Assembly (NCBI GenBank): GCA_947630575.1
Contig: CANRIB010000004.1
Coordinates: forward strand, 3,027 to 67,026
DNA from: an uncultured Bacilli bacterium
Lineage (GTDB): Bacteria > Bacillota_I > Bacilli_A > RF39 > UBA660
DNA length: 64,000 bases
Direction of reading: 5' to 3'
A program made the translations under genes and the position numbers. Below, piece by piece: positions 9,074 to 17,934 of this stretch (the first letter of the stretch is position 1; each line of letters begins with the position of its first letter). A model generated the notes under the pieces. The model worked only from the letters and a program-made list of their open reading frames with translations, did no database searches and was not told where the DNA came from.

Positions 9074-10504
9074 ATGGCAAAGAGGGAAGTTAAAAATAAG
9101 AAACCAGTTATTCCATTTTTTAAGTATTTAGCAGTAGTAATGGTTATTGTTACACTTATAACATTGGGATTATTTAAATTTATAAATATTTTACCAGGCG
9201 AATATTATTTAGTATTTGTGTTATTACTTAGTTTAATAACAATTACTTTAGTTACACTGGTACTTACTAAAAAGGGAGTTAAAAAGAGGATATTTGGAAC
9301 ATTATTATCTTTAATATATATAGTAATTTTAATATTAGGAATAGTTTATGAATTAAATACATTAGGATTTTTAAAAAAGTTGGGGTTTGTTAATTATAAA
9401 ACAGAAAATTATAATGTTTTAGTTTTAAAAGATAAGGGTTATGAATTTAAAGATTTAGATAGTAAATTAATGGGGAGTATAGATTTTAAGACAGAAGGGC
9501 TTAAAAATGCTAAAAAGAAATTAGATAATAGATTAAATATTAAATATAAGACTTATGATGATATTGCTAAATTGAAAGAAGAATTTATAGAGGGAAAAAT
9601 AGATAGTATGTTAGTAGAAGAATCAATTATGGCAATATTAAGTGAAAATGATGATGAATTTGCTAAAAGTTTTGAAGTTGTATATGATTTTGCAGTAGAT
9701 GTGGAAACTGAAGATGTTGTAAAAGAAGTAGATATTACAAAAGATTCTTTTAATGTTTATATATCGGGTATTGATACTTATGGTTCCGTTAGTAGTGTTT
9801 CTCGAAGTGATGTTAATATGGTTGTAACAGTAAATCCTAAAAAACATAAAGTAGAGATTACTTCGATACCAAGAGATTATTATGTGAATTTAGGGGGAAT
9901 AAATGAAAAAGATAAATTAACTCATGCAGGAATTTATGGAGTAGATGTAAGTGTTAAAACAATTGAAGAATTGTTAGATATTAATATTAATTATTATGTT
10001 AAAGTTAATTTTACATCATTAACTAAAATTGTGGATGCTTTAGATGGGGTACAAGTATATTCAGAATATGATTTTGTATCGAGAGATGGATATAGTTATA
10101 AAAAAGGGATGAATTATGTTGATGGAGAAAGAGCTTTATCTTTTGTGAGAGAAAGAAAGGCTTTTGATGGAGGAGATAGAGTAAGAGTAGAAAATCAAGC
10201 GCGGATGATTGAAGCTTTAATTGATAAAGCAATAAGTCCTAAAATTATTGTTAAATATAATAGTTTAATAGATGCTTTAGAGTCTTCATTTGTTACTAAT
10301 ATGAATATGAATAATATTACAGATTTTATTAAAATGCAGATAAAAGATAATGCTAAATGGGATATTAATGATTATAGCTTAGATGGGGTTGATGGTTATG
10401 ATTATACTTATTCTTATAAGTCTGCTAAATCATATGTAATGCTTCCTAATGAAGAAACAATTATAAACGCTAAAAATAAAATTAAAGAAGTTTTAGCTAA
10501 ATAA
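9074..10504 (+). CDS. LCP (LytR-CpsA-Psr) family cell-wall polymer ligase
   Basis: N-terminal TM helices and an LCP core (ISGIDTYG...RSDVNMVVTVNP...ITSIPRDYYV...DKLTHA). Confidence 0.85.
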   Translation: MAKREVKNKKPVIPFFKYLAVVMVIVTLITLGLFKFINILPGEYYLVFVLLLSLITITLVTLVLTKKGVKKRIFGTLLSLIYIVILILGIVYELNTLGFLKKLGFVNYKTENYNVLVLKDKGYEFKDLDSKLMGSIDFKTEGLKNAKKKLDNRLNIKYKTYDDIAKLKEEFIEGKIDSMLVEESIMAILSENDDEFAKSFEVVYDFAVDVETEDVVKEVDITKDSFNVYISGIDTYGSVSSVSRSDVNMVVTVNPKKHKVEITSIPRDYYVNLGGINEKDKLTHAGIYGVDVSVKTIEELLDININYYVKVNFTSLTKIVDALDGVQVYSEYDFVSRDGYSYKKGMNYVDGERALSFVRERKAFDGGDRVRVENQARMIEALIDKAISPKIIVKYNSLIDALESSFVTNMNMNNITDFIKMQIKDNAKWDINDYSLDGVDGYDYTYSYKSAKSYVMLPNEETIINAKNKIKEVLAK

Positions 10505-10636
10505 AAAGATTTATGAGTAATATCATAGATTTTTTTATTGTAAAATTTTACATTATATAGTGTAAATATATTTGTTAATCAATTGACAATATAGTAAAGA
10601 CATAGTAAAATTATAATCAAGAAAGGAAGCTAGAGA

Positions 10637-12262
10637 ATGAAAAACTTAAAAAAATTAATGGGGTTAATGGTTGCAGGTGTGCTAGCTTTAGGTTTTAATA
10701 CGAATGTTAGAGCAGAAACAATAGATTTTGAAGCAGATAAGATTGAAGGTTTGAAAGGATTCGATTATTTAGGAGAAAATAGTCCAGCTAAGTTTAATGT
10801 TAGGTACGATGATCAAATGAATGTTTCAGTACTTGATATTACTACAAGTAATTTGAATGATGCGGCTATTCAAGCAATTTTGAATCATGCTCCTGGAAAT
10901 TCTGGTAGTCCAGCAGTATTAGGAACTTTATATTTTGGAATTGAAACAGGAATTACAGGAACACAGTTTAAAAAATATGGAGAGCCTTTCGTAGGAAATA
11001 ATTTTATGTCATTAGCAAAATCTGCAGCTGAAAGTGCTGTTGCTGAAGATAATCCTACAAATAATAATTTAGTTTGGGTTCCTCAAATAAAAGTTGATTA
11101 TTTTGATAAAGTGCAAAATAAGTTTGTTACTCTTAGTGGTTCTACAACAGGTGGTAAAACTGTAAAGGAAGCTATAGAAGAAAAATTTAAAGATGAAGAA
11201 AAAAGTTTTGATGAATTAGTTTATGGTAAAGATTACGTATTTTATGGCTATGAGGATAGATCTTATGTTTCTATAATTCAAAGTGATAGTGATGAATATA
11301 CTGATAAATATTATTTTTTAGTTAATATTAGTACTTCATTTCCAGTAGAAAGTGAAAATGTTGAAACTGGAGATGGTAAAGGTAATTTTAATAAAGAAGG
11401 ATATTTTCCAAGCTTAGAAACTGCTTTAGCTGCTTCTAATTATTCTAAGAATATTAAAATTAATGATAATATAGAAATTACAAAAGATTTGGAAATTCCT
11501 GCGGGAGTTACTGTTGATGCTACAAATGGTAAATTAACAATTAAGTCTGGAGCTAAACTTACAGTAAAAGGTACTGTTAAAGCTGATACAGAAAATATTG
11601 TTTTAGAAAATGGGGGAGAAGTTGAAGTTGAAGGCAGCGGTAGTTTACAAAATAATTCAGGAGCTAAACTTCATTTTGTTAATGTTAGTTCAACATTAGA
11701 AAATGGAATAATTACAGTAAGTCCTAAGTTAGCAAAATTAGGTGATACAGTAACAATTACTGTTACTCCTAATGAAGGTTATGAGCTTAAAGAAGGAAGC
11801 TTAAAAGTAACTAAAAAAGCCGTAGCTAGTGCAATATCTACAATAGCTCTTCCTATAGCAGAAGATAATGAGATTCCAATAACAGGATATACATTCCCAA
11901 TGCCAGATGGAGAAGTTGAAGTTACAGCAGAATTTGAAAAAATTGAAGAACAAATAAAAATTACTTTAGATATTGATGGCGATGTTAAAGAAAATTATGA
12001 AGTAACAAAAGGTTGGACTTTACAAGATTTATTAAATGATTTAAAAAATAAAGGTTATAGTATTACAGGATTTACTAATAAAGATGGGGAAGAATTAGAA
12101 TTAAGTTCTGAAATAACTGAAGGAATGTATTTAGTTGCAGTATTAGAAGATGAGGTAGTTACTGAAGCTCCTCAGACTTTAGATAATATATTGAAGTTTG
12201 TAGGAATTGGAGTTTTAGGATTAGGAACTCTTGGAGTAGCTGCTAAAAAATATTTATGCTAA
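10637..12262 (+). CDS. Secreted cell-surface protein with beta-helix / Ig-like segments and a C-terminal TM anchor
   Basis: Signal peptide (MGLMVAGVLALGFNTNVRA). C-terminal hydrophobic helix plus KKYLC tail preceded by APQTLD. No canonical LPXTG. Confidence 0.7.
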   Translation: MKNLKKLMGLMVAGVLALGFNTNVRAETIDFEADKIEGLKGFDYLGENSPAKFNVRYDDQMNVSVLDITTSNLNDAAIQAILNHAPGNSGSPAVLGTLYFGIETGITGTQFKKYGEPFVGNNFMSLAKSAAESAVAEDNPTNNNLVWVPQIKVDYFDKVQNKFVTLSGSTTGGKTVKEAIEEKFKDEEKSFDELVYGKDYVFYGYEDRSYVSIIQSDSDEYTDKYYFLVNISTSFPVESENVETGDGKGNFNKEGYFPSLETALAASNYSKNIKINDNIEITKDLEIPAGVTVDATNGKLTIKSGAKLTVKGTVKADTENIVLENGGEVEVEGSGSLQNNSGAKLHFVNVSSTLENGIITVSPKLAKLGDTVTITVTPNEGYELKEGSLKVTKKAVASAISTIALPIAEDNEIPITGYTFPMPDGEVEVTAEFEKIEEQIKITLDIDGDVKENYEVTKGWTLQDLLNDLKNKGYSITGFTNKDGEELELSSEITEGMYLVAVLEDEVVTEAPQTLDNILKFVGIGVLGLGTLGVAAKKYLC

Positions 12263-12283
12263 TTAAATAAATAAAAAATAAAA

Positions 12284-12320
12284 AAGTAATGGGAAAATAA
12301 AAATCTCATTACTTTTTTAA
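12284..12320. terminator. Bidirectional terminator between convergent genes
   Basis: AAAAAGTAATGGG...CTCATTACTTTTT hairpin flanked by A and T runs. Confidence 0.55.
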
Positions 12321-12776
12321 TTGTTTAATATATTTAGGATTGTCAGTTCTTCCTAAGAGATAGTCGGCAGAAATATTATATTTTTTACATATAGTGTATA
12401 GAAAAGGGGTTGCAATAATGTTTTTTCCTTTTTCATATGCACATATTACAGTTTTATCTGAGTTAATAACACTTGCTAATTTACCTTGTGTTAGTTTTTG
12501 TTCTTTTCGAAATTCTTTTAATCTACTACCTGATGTAATTTTATTTAATTTTTGATTATTGAAATTATTACTTTTTTTATTTGTTAAATTCAAAATATAA
12601 TCTAATGAAACATTAAAATAGTTGCAAAAATTGTATAAATGTTTAATGGGTATAGTTGTGTCTTCCGTTTCATAATGACTATATGTTATTGAAGATATTC
12701 CTAAATAATTTGCTATATCTTTTTGCATTATTTTGTTTTCTATTCTAATTTCTTTCATTTTGTTACCATAGTTCAT
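12309..12776 (-). CDS. XRE-family regulator with two tandem HTH domains
   Basis: Two HTH_3-like units (IMQKDIANYLGISSITYSHYE... and LTQGKLASVINSDKTVICAYE...), each ending in a DY(I/L)L motif. Divergent from paralog A. Confidence 0.85.
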   Translation of the reverse strand: MNYGNKMKEIRIENKIMQKDIANYLGISSITYSHYETEDTTIPIKHLYNFCNYFNVSLDYILNLTNKKSNNFNNQKLNKITSGSRLKEFRKEQKLTQGKLASVINSDKTVICAYEKGKNIIATPFLYTICKKYNISADYLLGRTDNPKYIKQLKK

Positions 12777-12850
12777 TTATCTCACCTGAAATAATTTTCT
12801 CATTAAATGTATTTTCTTAAAATCCTAGTGCCGAAATAGACAACTTTTTC

Positions 12851-12879
12851 TTGACTTTTAGTATAGGAGAGTATATAAT
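12851..12879 (+). promoter_or_regulatory. Sigma-A-type promoter for paralog A (TTGACT-17-TATAAT)
   Basis: Read directly. The homologous arrangement precedes paralog C on the minus strand (48885-48913). Confidence 0.55.
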
Positions 12880-12890
12880 TTTAGTATAAG

Positions 12891-12904
12891 TTAGAAATTT
12901 CTAA
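12891..12904. promoter_or_regulatory. Perfect palindrome TTAGAAATTTCTAA in the paralog A leader
   Basis: Conserved with one mismatch in the paralog C leader (48860-48873), at the same distance from the -10 box. Confidence 0.4.
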
Positions 12905-12944
12905 TATGATTGATAATAAATCAATTATAAAGAAGGGAAGATTA

Positions 12945-14324
12945 ATGAAGGTAGAGAAGTTAAGTAAAGGAAAGAGTAAGAAAATTATATTAGCTATAAC
13001 AATAATAGTATTAGCAATAGGAATAATATATATAACAAATAGCAAAGCAAAATATCAAGTAACCAAAAGTGTGCAAATAGTTAATGGAGTAATAAATTAT
13101 TCTAGAGCAGATTTTAGTTTGTTAGGAGTGTATCAGCAACATGAAAAGAGTAGTAGTACTTATGATAGTGTAAATAATGTTCCTACGTCTGGTTATGTAT
13201 TAAATGAAAATAAAACATATTGTACAATAGGCTCAACAAAATATGAGGGAAAAACAAATTATAATAAACAAGGAATAACAATAAATTATGCTGGAGGTAG
13301 TGTAACATTTGGAGGAGTAAAAACTGCCAATACAAAATGTTATTTGTATTTTGATATTACTGATAATATTCCACCAGCAGAACGTGTTACTCAATTAGGT
13401 TTAACAGTAAGCCAATCGGGATGTCCAACTTATCCAACTCCGACAATAAGTTCAGCAGAAAGTTCTGCTACATTATTTTGTAAAGGTCAAGACGACGATG
13501 GAGATACATATTATTTTAGAGGGAAAGCAGATAAGAATTGGGTAAAGATAGGAAATACATATTGGCGAATCATCCGAATAAATGGAGATGGAACAATAAG
13601 ATTAATATATAATGGAACAAGTGCAGTCACGACAGGAGTATCAACTCAATATAAAACTGGAGCTTTTAATTCTATTTTTGGTGATAATGCCTACGTAGGA
13701 TTAAAATATACGATAGGTGTAAGAAATGGATTTAATACTCCATCAGATATGTTTAATACATTAAATACATTTTACAATGAGTATTTTGGAAGTGGTAAGT
13801 CTTTAGTATCATATGCAAATAAATTAGACTCAAGTGCGGGATTTTGTGGAGACAGAACTAGTAATACAGATTATTTAGCTCAAACAACAAATAATACAGG
13901 CGGAACTGGAGCAAACGAAACATACTATGGAGGTAGACTAAGATTACTTAATTCAAAGAAACCAACATTTAAATGTCCAGATAAAACTAATGATTTGTAT
14001 ACAAAAACAGGAGCAACACAAGGAAATAAGTCATTAACCAATTCAATAGGTTTAATGACAGTGGATGAAGCAATGTATGCCGGAGGTTTTGGAGGACAAA
14101 ATAACGATGGTTATTGGTTATATACAAATCAAAGCTATTGGCTTATGTCTCCGTCTGGCTTTGGTGGTGGTGCTGCTAACATGTGCGTTTTGTATTCGGA
14201 TGGTACTCTCGGCAACTATAGTGTTAGCCTTGCGCATGGTGTGCGACCTGTAATAAATTTAAAATCAAATACTATATTTACAGGAAATGGAACTACGAGT
14301 AGTCCATTTGTAGTGCAATTATAA
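12945..14324 (+). CDS. Membrane-anchored surface protein, paralog A of a 3-member family (C-terminal lectin-like YW..SP...GVRPV domain)
   Basis: Start chosen by homology to the paralog C N-terminus (MKVEKLSKG.. vs MEFKKLERN..; shared AKYQVTKS(V/A)QIVNGVINY). Shared motifs: YYFRG, YWRIIRINGDGTIRLIY, AGFCGDR, FKC, GLMTVDEAMYAGG, YWLMSP, GVRPVINLK. Confidence 0.8.
   Translation: MKVEKLSKGKSKKIILAITIIVLAIGIIYITNSKAKYQVTKSVQIVNGVINYSRADFSLLGVYQQHEKSSSTYDSVNNVPTSGYVLNENKTYCTIGSTKYEGKTNYNKQGITINYAGGSVTFGGVKTANTKCYLYFDITDNIPPAERVTQLGLTVSQSGCPTYPTPTISSAESSATLFCKGQDDDGDTYYFRGKADKNWVKIGNTYWRIIRINGDGTIRLIYNGTSAVTTGVSTQYKTGAFNSIFGDNAYVGLKYTIGVRNGFNTPSDMFNTLNTFYNEYFGSGKSLVSYANKLDSSAGFCGDRTSNTDYLAQTTNNTGGTGANETYYGGRLRLLNSKKPTFKCPDKTNDLYTKTGATQGNKSLTNSIGLMTVDEAMYAGGFGGQNNDGYWLYTNQSYWLMSPSGFGGGAANMCVLYSDGTLGNYSVSLAHGVRPVINLKSNTIFTGNGTTSSPFVVQL
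14136..14252 (+). other. G+C-rich variable-region-like block in paralog A
   Basis: Local G+C is far above the flanks. Occupies the same position (YW.MSP to GVRPV) as the blocks in paralogs B and C. Confidence 0.45.
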
Positions 14325-14383
14325 AAATAAAATCCTTGCCTAAGTCGCTCTAAACTTTATTCTTAGGCAAGATTAAATTCCAT

Positions 14384-14407
14384 GAGGGGATATTCTCCTC
14401 TTTTTTT
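14384..14407 (+). terminator. Intrinsic terminator after paralog A
   Basis: GAGGGGA-TAT-TCTCCTC hairpin followed by TTTTTTT. An additional 10-bp inverted repeat lies at 14334-14370. Confidence 0.6.
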
Positions 14408-14413
14408 GTTCAT

Positions 14414-14436
14414 TAAAAAACATCTATGATAGATGT
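14414..14436 (-). terminator. Intrinsic terminator of the phosphoesterase gene
   Basis: Minus strand reads ACATCT-ATCAT-AGATGT followed by TTTTTT, directly after the stop. Confidence 0.5.
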
Positions 14437-15245
14437 TAATTGTTGTATAGTCTATATAAAGTTATTGATGGAGTGTTAAATAATCTCATGCTTATATCTT
14501 GAGTTCCTATGCCATTTGATATAAATAATTGAGTATCTTTTATTTTGTAGTAATTATCTATGTAAGTTGATGCTCCTTCTATTTTTCTTATTCCACCAAC
14601 AAAAGGGATTTTAAATTGTCCTCCTAATGAGTGTCCGGCAAATACAATTTGAGTATTTTTTATATTTTTGATTAAATCAGGTTCGTGTATTAAAGTTATG
14701 TTGTAATAATCATTTTCATATAATTCGTTTATATTTTCATTATTTGTTAGTCCTATAAAATTTAGGGGAATAGAACTGTTATAATAAACTAGTTTGGAAG
14801 TATTATTTAGTAAAGTAAAATTAGCTTTGGTTAATATTTCAGAATAATCACTTAAGTATAAATTATCATAATCTCCAATAATAGCAAATTTATAGAGTTT
14901 AGCATTTATTTTTTTTAAATATTTTGTAGTAAGTTCTTTTTCTTCGTTAGTAATTTTTTTATAGTCAAATAAGTCACCAGTGAAAATGACAATATCTGCA
15001 TTTAGATTATTTAATTCTTTAACTATTTTTTTTAAAGTTTCTTCATTTGTTGTTCTTCCATAGTGAATATCAGAGAATTGAGCTATTTTAAAACCATTGT
15101 AATCGGGATTTAGTTTTTGGTCATATATAGGTATTTCATTTACTTTGAAACTTATGGGATTGATATATCTACCATATAAGTAGATAATGAAAATAATAAT
15201 TATTAAAATGGCCAAAATTTTTATGCCAATATGTTTTTTTTCCAT
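14436..15245 (-). CDS. Membrane-anchored metallophosphoesterase (YkuE-like)
   Basis: Motifs QFSDIHYG, GDLFD and GHSLGGQ, plus an N-terminal TM helix. Confidence 0.85.
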   Translation of the reverse strand: MEKKHIGIKILAILIIIIFIIYLYGRYINPISFKVNEIPIYDQKLNPDYNGFKIAQFSDIHYGRTTNEETLKKIVKELNNLNADIVIFTGDLFDYKKITNEEKELTTKYLKKINAKLYKFAIIGDYDNLYLSDYSEILTKANFTLLNNTSKLVYYNSSIPLNFIGLTNNENINELYENDYYNITLIHEPDLIKNIKNTQIVFAGHSLGGQFKIPFVGGIRKIEGASTYIDNYYKIKDTQLFISNGIGTQDISMRLFNTPSITLYRLYNN

Positions 15246-15254
15246 TGTTCCTCC

Positions 15255-15941
15255 TTACATAGCAAATATAATTATAATACACATTGTATTGTGTAACATG
15301 TGAATTAAAAAAGATGAATAGATATTGTCTGTTTCATAAAATGTTTTAGCAAAAAAGAATCCTAATGCTCCATAAGGAATAATAAATAAAAATTCTAATA
15401 AATCAAATCTGGCGATATGAGCTAAGCCAAAAATTATGGCAGTGAATAAAGAAAAAGTGTACCATTTGTCAAAAGCATTTTTGAAGCTCGCTCTAAAAGT
15501 AATTTCTTCAATTAATGGTCCCATAAAAATCATACTAATGATATTACTAAAGGGATATTTTATAAGTAAATTACGATTTAGGGTTTCATTAGTTGGGATA
15601 TTTCCAACGATGGTATTAATAATAATGTTACTTACCATCATAATACCAAGACCACAGAGCCAATTTTTTAAGGCAAGGGAAGTGTTTTCTTTTTTATAGT
15701 TTTTAAAATCATTTATTAGACATTTATGATATATAAGGCCTAATATTACAAAAAGAAGAGTATATGTTCCTAATTGAGCTAATGTAGCAACTACTTTATT
15801 AGAGCTTTCATAATAATCTCCAAAAAGAAAAGCTCCAAGACTGGCGATAATAATATATAAGAAGATAGTGCCAAATCCTTGTAAAAAAGCTAGAAATTTA
15901 TCTTTCATGTTATCAACTCTATTCTTTAATAAATATATCAT
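15255..15941 (-). CDS. CPBP-family intramembrane metalloprotease (CAAX protease/Abi-like)
   Basis: Motifs EEITFR, FGLAH and HMLHN in a polytopic membrane protein. Confidence 0.8.
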   Translation of the reverse strand: MIYLLKNRVDNMKDKFLAFLQGFGTIFLYIIIASLGAFLFGDYYESSNKVVATLAQLGTYTLLFVILGLIYHKCLINDFKNYKKENTSLALKNWLCGLGIMMVSNIIINTIVGNIPTNETLNRNLLIKYPFSNIISMIFMGPLIEEITFRASFKNAFDKWYTFSLFTAIIFGLAHIARFDLLEFLFIIPYGALGFFFAKTFYETDNIYSSFLIHMLHNTMCIIIIFAM

Positions 15942-16020
15942 AAATAGAGATATTTTTCAATTTATTTTCAGTATAGAATAGTAAAGTTAAGATAAAGTGA
16001 TGGTTATTTTAATTAAAGTG

Positions 16021-16049
16021 TTGATATTTTTAAAAAAATTAGGTATAAT
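16021..16049 (+). promoter_or_regulatory. Promoter TTGATA-17-TATAAT ahead of the pilin-like cluster
   Basis: Read directly. An AGGAGG RBS precedes the first ORF. Confidence 0.55.
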
Positions 16050-16087
16050 AATGTACAGATAAAATAAAAAAGGAGGAATAAATTTAG

Positions 16088-16357
16088 ATGAAAGAGGCTA
16101 CTGGTGAGTTAAATATGACAGTTGTTACCGTAGTGGCAATTGCTGCGGTTGCTGCATTCTTTTATGCATTTGTATGGCCTGGAATTAGAAAGAGTATAGA
16201 ACAAAGTACTTATTGTAATATGGCAAATTGTTCTTCTGATTGGAAGACTTGTACAGCTGAGAAAGATGATGGTACAACATGGACAGGAAGCTGTGAATCT
16301 TACTTTAAGAAACAACAAGAAACTACAAATGGTAATGGTGGAACTACTCCATCATAA
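16088..16357 (+). CDS. Small Cys-containing pilin-like protein (MKEATG leader + hydrophobic helix)
   Basis: 89 aa with an AGGAGG RBS. N-terminus MKEATGELN followed by a roughly 22-aa hydrophobic segment. Paralog of the next ORF. 4 Cys. Confidence 0.6.
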   Translation: MKEATGELNMTVVTVVAIAAVAAFFYAFVWPGIRKSIEQSTYCNMANCSSDWKTCTAEKDDGTTWTGSCESYFKKQQETTNGNGGTTPS

Positions 16358-16371
16358 TAGGAGGTTAGAAT

Positions 16372-16629
16372 ATGAAAGAGGCTACAGGTGAGTTAAATGT
16401 AATGGTTATAGTGGCTATTATAGTGGCAATGTTAGCCTTTTTTTTCTTTGGTTTTATATGGCCAAGAATTAATGAGAATTTTAGGCATAGTTCTAGTTGT
16501 GATGATGCGATTTGTATTTGTGAAGATAAAGATGACACGGGTAAATGTCGAACTAAAGTAGGCGAAGTAATGGAGTGTCATATTAAGGGAAATGAAAGCA
16601 AAACAATTATGTGCCCTTGGGAAGGCTAA
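16372..16629 (+). CDS. Small Cys-rich pilin-like protein, paralog of 16088
   Basis: 85 aa with the identical MKEATGELN start, a hydrophobic helix, and 6 Cys in the 45-aa tail. Confidence 0.6.
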   Translation: MKEATGELNVMVIVAIIVAMLAFFFFGFIWPRINENFRHSSSCDDAICICEDKDDTGKCRTKVGEVMECHIKGNESKTIMCPWEG

Positions 16630-16643
16630 TTGAAGGTGATTAG

Positions 16644-17165
16644 ATGAAAGAAGCTATAGGTGGTATATCTCTTTTTAATATAGTAATAGTTCTTATTTTA
16701 CTTTTTACAGGATATATTAGTTTATCAATTAATTATTCTAAGGCATATAATGTTAAAAATGAAGTTTTAAATGTTATTAGAAATCAGGGTGGTGTTTGTA
16801 CTGCAGATGGGGTAGCAACTGGTGATATTTGTTATAATTTTAAAGAACAAATTACAGATTATTTTAAAGAAGCTAGTTATAGAGCTACTGGAGATTGTGG
16901 CAGTGATTGGATTGGTTATACTAGAACGGGTGATTTATTATCACGAGGGGCTAAAAATGCTGCGTTTTGTGTTAAAGGAATAAAAGTTAATGCCAATTCA
17001 GAGCTTCCTAATGCACTATATTATCAAGTGAGAATATTTTATCAACTTGATTTGCCAATAATTAATAATATTTTTAATTTTTCAATTTTAGGTGAAACAA
17101 CGAGGGTTTATCAGCCTAATGAGTGTGATACTAGAAGTGCAAATTATTATTGGTGTGAAGGGTGA
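16644..17165 (+). CDS. TadE-like pseudopilin candidate
   Basis: 173 aa. MKEAIGG leader, hydrophobic helix, then YSKAYNVKNEV, homologous to the next ORF. 6 Cys. Confidence 0.5.
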   Translation: MKEAIGGISLFNIVIVLILLFTGYISLSINYSKAYNVKNEVLNVIRNQGGVCTADGVATGDICYNFKEQITDYFKEASYRATGDCGSDWIGYTRTGDLLSRGAKNAAFCVKGIKVNANSELPNALYYQVRIFYQLDLPIINNIFNFSILGETTRVYQPNECDTRSANYYWCEG

Positions 17166-17169
17166 TTAA

Positions 17170-17907
17170 ATGAGAACTACTATTGGTCAAACTTGGGTTA
17201 TGCAGTTAATGATTGTGTTTATTCTTTTGTTTGTGGCTTATATTGTTTTAATTCTTAATTATTCGCGAACAATTAAAGTTAAAAATGAAATGATAACATT
17301 AATAGAGAAGTATGAAGGATTAAATGATTATTCAATTGAGTCCATAAATGGTTATTTGAATAGTAATGGTTATGTTGCGACTGGTGTTTGTGTTACTAAA
17401 GAAGCTGAAGGTGTTTATGGTGGAACTGTAGATTCAGTTAAACTTGAAAAAGCTAAAGCTGGGAAAAAATATAGTTATTGTTTAAAGAAATATCAGGGAA
17501 CTAGTATAACTAATTATTATCAAGTTGCACTTTTTTATAAATTTAATTTACCAGTTTTAGGTAATGTTTCTGGTTTTACAGTTAAAGGAACAACTAATAA
17601 TTTTAAATCATTTGATGATGATTTATATTGTAATAATATTACCGGTACTTGTAATTCTTCATCATCAAGACCTAGTACAGATACAGGAGAGAGCATGTAC
17701 ACAGTAACCTTTAATCTTAATGGAGGCTATGGTTCTATTCCTAGTCAACAAGTAAGGACGGGTGGAACTGTTAGGATGCCGGCAAATCCAACTATGGCGG
17801 GGCATACGTTTAATTGTTGGGGATATTATAACAATGGACGTTTGACTACTTTTGATGTTAATACAAGAGTTGATAGAGATTTAGAATTAGTGGCAATATG
17901 GAAATAA
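17170..17907 (+). CDS. TadE/TadG-like pseudopilin candidate with C-terminal Listeria-Bacteroides (Flg_new) repeat
   Basis: 245 aa. The MRTTIGQTWVMQLMIVFILL N-terminus resembles RGQTLILFIILIPL of ORF 22184. C-terminus YTVTFNLNGGYG...GHTFNCWGYY...DLELVAIWK. Confidence 0.5.
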   Translation: MRTTIGQTWVMQLMIVFILLFVAYIVLILNYSRTIKVKNEMITLIEKYEGLNDYSIESINGYLNSNGYVATGVCVTKEAEGVYGGTVDSVKLEKAKAGKKYSYCLKKYQGTSITNYYQVALFYKFNLPVLGNVSGFTVKGTTNNFKSFDDDLYCNNITGTCNSSSSRPSTDTGESMYTVTFNLNGGYGSIPSQQVRTGGTVRMPANPTMAGHTFNCWGYYNNGRLTTFDVNTRVDRDLELVAIWK

Positions 17908-17934
17908 AGAAAGAAAAGTTTTTGGAGGGTTAAA

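Noticed and set aside
14065-14253. 62-aa alternative-frame ORF at the 3' end of paralog A
   Set aside because: It is an artefact of the local G+C-rich block, which has fewer stop codons. The main frame carries the conserved family motifs.
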